From: Eledone cirrhosa
Taxonomy: Eukaryota
Direction of reading: 5' to 3'
NCBI GenBank assembly: GCA_964016885.1
Contig: OZ024756.1
Location: forward strand, 21,948,001 to 22,012,000
DNA: 64,000 nt
Both the position numbers and the translations under genes were made by a program. Below are positions 60,003 through 64,000 of the stretch, in pieces. The notes under the pieces are model-generated. The model did not search any database. It was not told the origin of the DNA and saw nothing but the letters and a program-made list of their open reading frames with translations. Positions within the stretch are counted from its first letter, which is position 1; each line of letters starts with the position of its first letter.

Positions 60003-61030
60003 AAGGAGAAGTGGTAAAGTGATGGAGGAGTAGTAATTGTTGATGTCGAATTGGATAAAACGGCAATGTTCCTTGTTGCATATGCCGTTGAACCAATCAA
60101 TCACCACGAAAGAATTGTTCCACAGTGCAAGAGGGGCCAAACTTCTAATTTCAGGTATAATTCTATCAAGAATCCTTTTACTAAGTCTACCTAAATCTGA
60201 CTTCGTAGGGTTAATAAGCCGAATAGAGGGCTTGTTCGGAAAATTGGATTTGTGATCCTTCAAGGTAAAGTGGGGAGAAATAGGGTCCAGAGGTTCGGTC
60301 CGGTCCAGGATGTTGAGATCAGAGGTGATTTTAAACCCTGCATCGTTGATTTCATTGATGACGCACCGATTAGTTTTACGGTAATCCTTAGTTACAGCAT
60401 TATGTAGTAGTTGATGGTAAGTACTGCGCTCCACTTGATATAGGTTGCCAGTTTTGTCGGAATGGACGTGCACGGCATTAGAATCCTTAATAGAACGAAT
60501 TCTATTCTTCAGGTCCTGCTGGAAGGAATTGCTCCTATTGCGAAATTTGATACTCCGTATGAGGTCCAAGACATCATTTTCGAAGGGTAGCAATGCTGGG
60601 TTACACGGGGGGTTATTATAGGTTTTAAACCCAAATTTATCCTGTTTGTTGTCTGCTTTTAGCGGATTATCGAAATAAAAGGCACGCCAACGCAACCTTT
60701 TAATGAACGCGTCTGTTGTCTGTATCAGGAGTTTTAGGTATGTTTTCCTGCTTGGTACGGGTATGTTCTTTGTAGAAATATTCAGATGTTGTTTCTGCAT
60801 GATCAATATAAGTCAATAGAGTGCTCAACCGAGGGAGCCAAATAGTAATAATAATAAATTTGAAGACTAAAATCCAAAGAGGGCTCGATAAGGATAAATA
60901 TATATCAAATATATAAGAACCGTAGAGTAAATATTTATTAAAATAACAGATTAAAGTTTAAGCAAAGAATCGCTGCTTATCCTTATCGAGCTTTCTTCGG
61001 ATCTTAGTCTTCACATTTATCATTATTACT
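60003..61030 (-). mobile_element. Penelope-like retroelement fragment: inverted pLTR piece + pLTR/5'UTR + N-terminal ~265 aa of RT ORF (ATG at 60800), truncated just after RT motif A; possibly Naiad/Neptune-type
   Basis: KNIPVPS..Y...LI.....FIKRLRWRA, DKTGNLY, TLKDHK.NF...PSIRLINP.KS and FIQFDINNYYSSIT are Penelope-type RT motifs. The upstream sequence matches the hammerhead-bearing repeat at 9873-9944; 60977-61030 is an inverted copy of 60844-60897. Confidence 0.8.
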
Positions 61031-61177
61031 TTCCAGCATAGTTACGTCCCTTTACGATCTGAGTTCAAATCCCGCCGAGGTTGACTTTGCCTTTCATCCT
61101 TACGGGGTCGATAAAATAAAGTACCAGTAATACACTGGGGTAATTGCTGGCCTTGTGTCAATAGTAGAAACAATTAT

Positions 61178-61219
<42 letters not shown>

Positions 61220-61637
61220 CGCATACACATCTACATATATGTGTGTGTATATATATATATGTGTGTAAAGATTCGGCACCCGACGGTTGAGCTCTTGCCG
61301 TTTCAACAGCTACCTCCAGATATTTTAACTGATTGATTTCTTTCAACAACCCCCACTTTCCCGTAATTTTTAGTCATATTAATTAACTATTATTTTCGCG
61401 TTTGTTAGCCACCCAAAAATGTTTAGGTCAAATTGTCTCCCTAACGCCATCCGGAATATCTGCCCTTAGTTCGAGTCACTTCTCCTTCTTTTCGGTTTCT
61501 ATGAGTAAATATTCCCGGCTCTTTTACATTGGGACAGGTGGCAGAAGTTGATCATCAATGATCAACGAAATATACGTACATGATATGTCGCCCTTTTTTA
61601 CCCTCCCAAAGTATATTAAATATATATATATATATAT

Positions 61638-62375
61638 ATAGAAAGATTTGAATGGATACAGTTTAGTTGAAAGGAATTTATTGACACGTGTTTCTATAAC
61701 AGTTACATAACCTAAAACAGCTATCTACAAACTTTTAGTTATGCAGACATTCAATATTTCAATGTTATTGTTTACTGTCATTTCATCAGAATAATATTAC
61801 TGAGGACCTATTTAGTTTTTATAGAGAATATTAGGAGGAAGGGGTGAAGTTGTTAGAAGAATAGTTGAAGGAGTGGTTTTTCGATAGCAGTGAGAATTCT
61901 TGGTGACAGTGATTAATTAGATTCCCATCTGTTGTTTTGACATTTTTTATATAAAAAATGTCAAAACAACAGATGGGAATCTAATTAATCACTGCCACCA
62001 AGAATTCTCACTGCTATCGAAAAACCACTCCTTCAACTATTCTTCTAACAACTTCACCCCTTCCTCCTAATATTCTCTATAAAAACTAAATAGGTCCTCA
62101 GTAATATTATTCTGATGAAATGACAGTAAACAATAACATTGAAATATTGAATGTCTGCATAACTAAAAGTTTGTAGATAGCTGTTTTAGGTTATGTAACT
62201 GTTATAGAAACACGTGTCAATAAATTCCTTTCAACTAAACTGTATCCATTCAAATCTTTCTATTTTTCTCCGGATTACTTTTGGAACTACAACTGGAACC
62301 GTCGAGCAAACTCTACGTGAGCTGATAATCTACTGTGTGTAATATTTATATTACAACACAACGGAAAAAACTGTA
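61638..62375. mobile_element. 313-bp-arm palindrome (centre 61950/61951) with an extended-stem-II hammerhead at 62107-62223 (+) and its mirror at 61678-61794 (-)
   Basis: Arms are reverse-complement identical except one mismatch. TTATT|CTGATGA|88 nt|GAAAC-ACGT-GTC|AATAA. Confidence 0.75.
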
Positions 62376-62974
62376 TATATATATATATATATATATATAA
62401 CGAAGGAAATGTGGTAAGGAACCAGGTGGACCATAACGCACCAAAGTACTCAATACTTGGGGTAGTAGAGTGGGTAATAGGAACCAGTAAGACCCCGACA
62501 GCTGAGCTCAAGCCGTTTCGACGGCTAATTCAGTCCAGAATTAGCCGTCGAAACGGCTTGAGCTCAGCTGTCGGGGTCTTACTGGTTCCTATATATATAT
62601 ATATATATATATAACGGCGATGAATTAGTTTTGCGAGGTTTTTGATATGAAATCGTGTTTCGAAACAAATATTGTTATACTTGGAAGCATACAATGCAAC
62701 GGGAGGAAACAATAGTACCACTGACGATATTGCAGATGTACAACGAAAGAACTTTGTTAGACTATATATATATGTGTTTGTGTCTATATTGTATCTGTAT
62801 TTTTGACCGTTGGTCAGTTAATGGTAACATCGAGGACCGAATAAATTAAATTAACCGATATAAAAGACACAGAAGCGAAAACCAACCAAACAGTGAGTGT
62901 GTTCTGTTATTAATTCTGGCAATATTATTACATAAGTATGACCCTCCCCAAGTATAACAATATATATATATATA

Positions 62975-63167
62975 TAGATGAGATTCTACAGGACTAGAAC
63001 TGTTTCATTCTTTAGAAATCATCAGGAATCACCCTTATTCCTGATGATTTCTAAAGAATGAAACAGTTCTAGTCCTGTAGAATCTCATCTATATTAAAAC
63101 TTTTATACTCTGCTATGTATTGAGTACCTTACTTACTGTGGTTACCTCCGATTCAACCCGGAATAAC

Positions 63168-63170
<3 letters not shown>
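62975..63170. mobile_element. Family C fold-back with canonical hammerheads at 63037-63083 (+) and 62982-63030 (-); other pieces at 10530-10690, 14920-14953, 37746-37812, 51107-51200
   Basis: ATTC|CTGATGA|TTTC-TAAA-GAAT|GAAA-CAG..CTG-TA|GAAT, with a GUA cleavage triplet. Confidence 0.8.
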
Positions 63171-63206
<36 letters not shown>

Positions 63207-63490
63207 TCGGAAGTTTACTTTGTCAAATCCCACTAGCTTTTAACGTTCAGTATAGTTATACGGTTGCATGTTGATTCCACAAAATAACAGTGAGCAGTGT
63301 TTAGAATTTTAGAATGGCGACAAATGTCTTCGTAGTTTTGTTTCACGTGATTTAGAATTGGTTTGATTTCCTGTGAACAATAGTGTTATATAATTGATTC
63401 AGCTCATTTCTTTTTTCTTCCAGCCTCAGAAGTTTTATTATATTCAACCATTTGTTTTTCATTTCACAAAACATAATTATATATATGTAC

Positions 63491-63580
<90 letters not shown>

Positions 63581-63921
63581 CACACACACACATGTATATA
63601 TACATATATATGTATATATATATATCGATATAACCAAGAGGTTGTGGTAAGACACCAGGTGGACCATAACGCACCAGAGTACTCAATACTGATGGTAGTA
63701 AAGTGGGTAATAGGAAAAGAGTTCAGCCGTTGGGGTGCAGACACTTTTCCTATATATATATAGTAATAATAATAAATTTGAAGACTAAAATCCAAAGAGG
63801 GCTCGATAAGGATAAATATATAATAAATATATATATGAACCGTAGAGTAAATATTTATTTAAACAAAAGATTAAAGTTTAAGCAAAGAATCGCTGCTTTC
63901 ACCCTTTAATCTGTTATTTTA

Positions 63922-63955
<34 letters not shown>

Positions 63956-64000
63956 ATACAGCCTCTTTCTGCTGATTCTTAAACATATTTATATGATCAT

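Noticed and set aside
62119-62155. Possible SECIS (ATGA..AA..GA) inside the extended stem II
   Set aside because: The helix register does not give a proper non-Watson-Crick quartet by eye; it would need SECISearch.

Overview
AT-rich, (TA)n-microsatellite-saturated animal genomic DNA. The SINE content suggests an octopod cephalopod, but that is inference. Almost all ORFs in the supplied track are microsatellite artefacts. The real content is as follows. (1) The last six coding exons of a minus-strand PLEKHG7-like RhoGEF gene (end of DH region plus PH domain, 54763->35866), with phase-compatible GT-AG junctions. Its stop is TGA-CAA-TTA, followed by 71 open in-frame codons, a strong stop-codon-readthrough candidate. 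(2) Many short fold-back inserts embedded in (TA)n tracts. They carry minimal type I hammerhead-ribozyme folds with palindromic stem-III loops, and one family is physically linked to a Penelope-like reverse-transcriptase ORF (60800->60003). The hammerheads include core variants (U3-A8, U4A, an extra base after A9) and forms with 60-88 nt insertions in stem II. Several unrelated families share a downstream TTGAGYRCT box. (3) About 20 copies of a tRNA-headed Meta-domain SINE, RTE/CR1/CRE LINE fragments, a non-autonomous Helitron, and piggyBac-, Tc1/mariner- and hAT-type MITEs. All folds and alignments were done by eye, so repeat boundaries are approximate.
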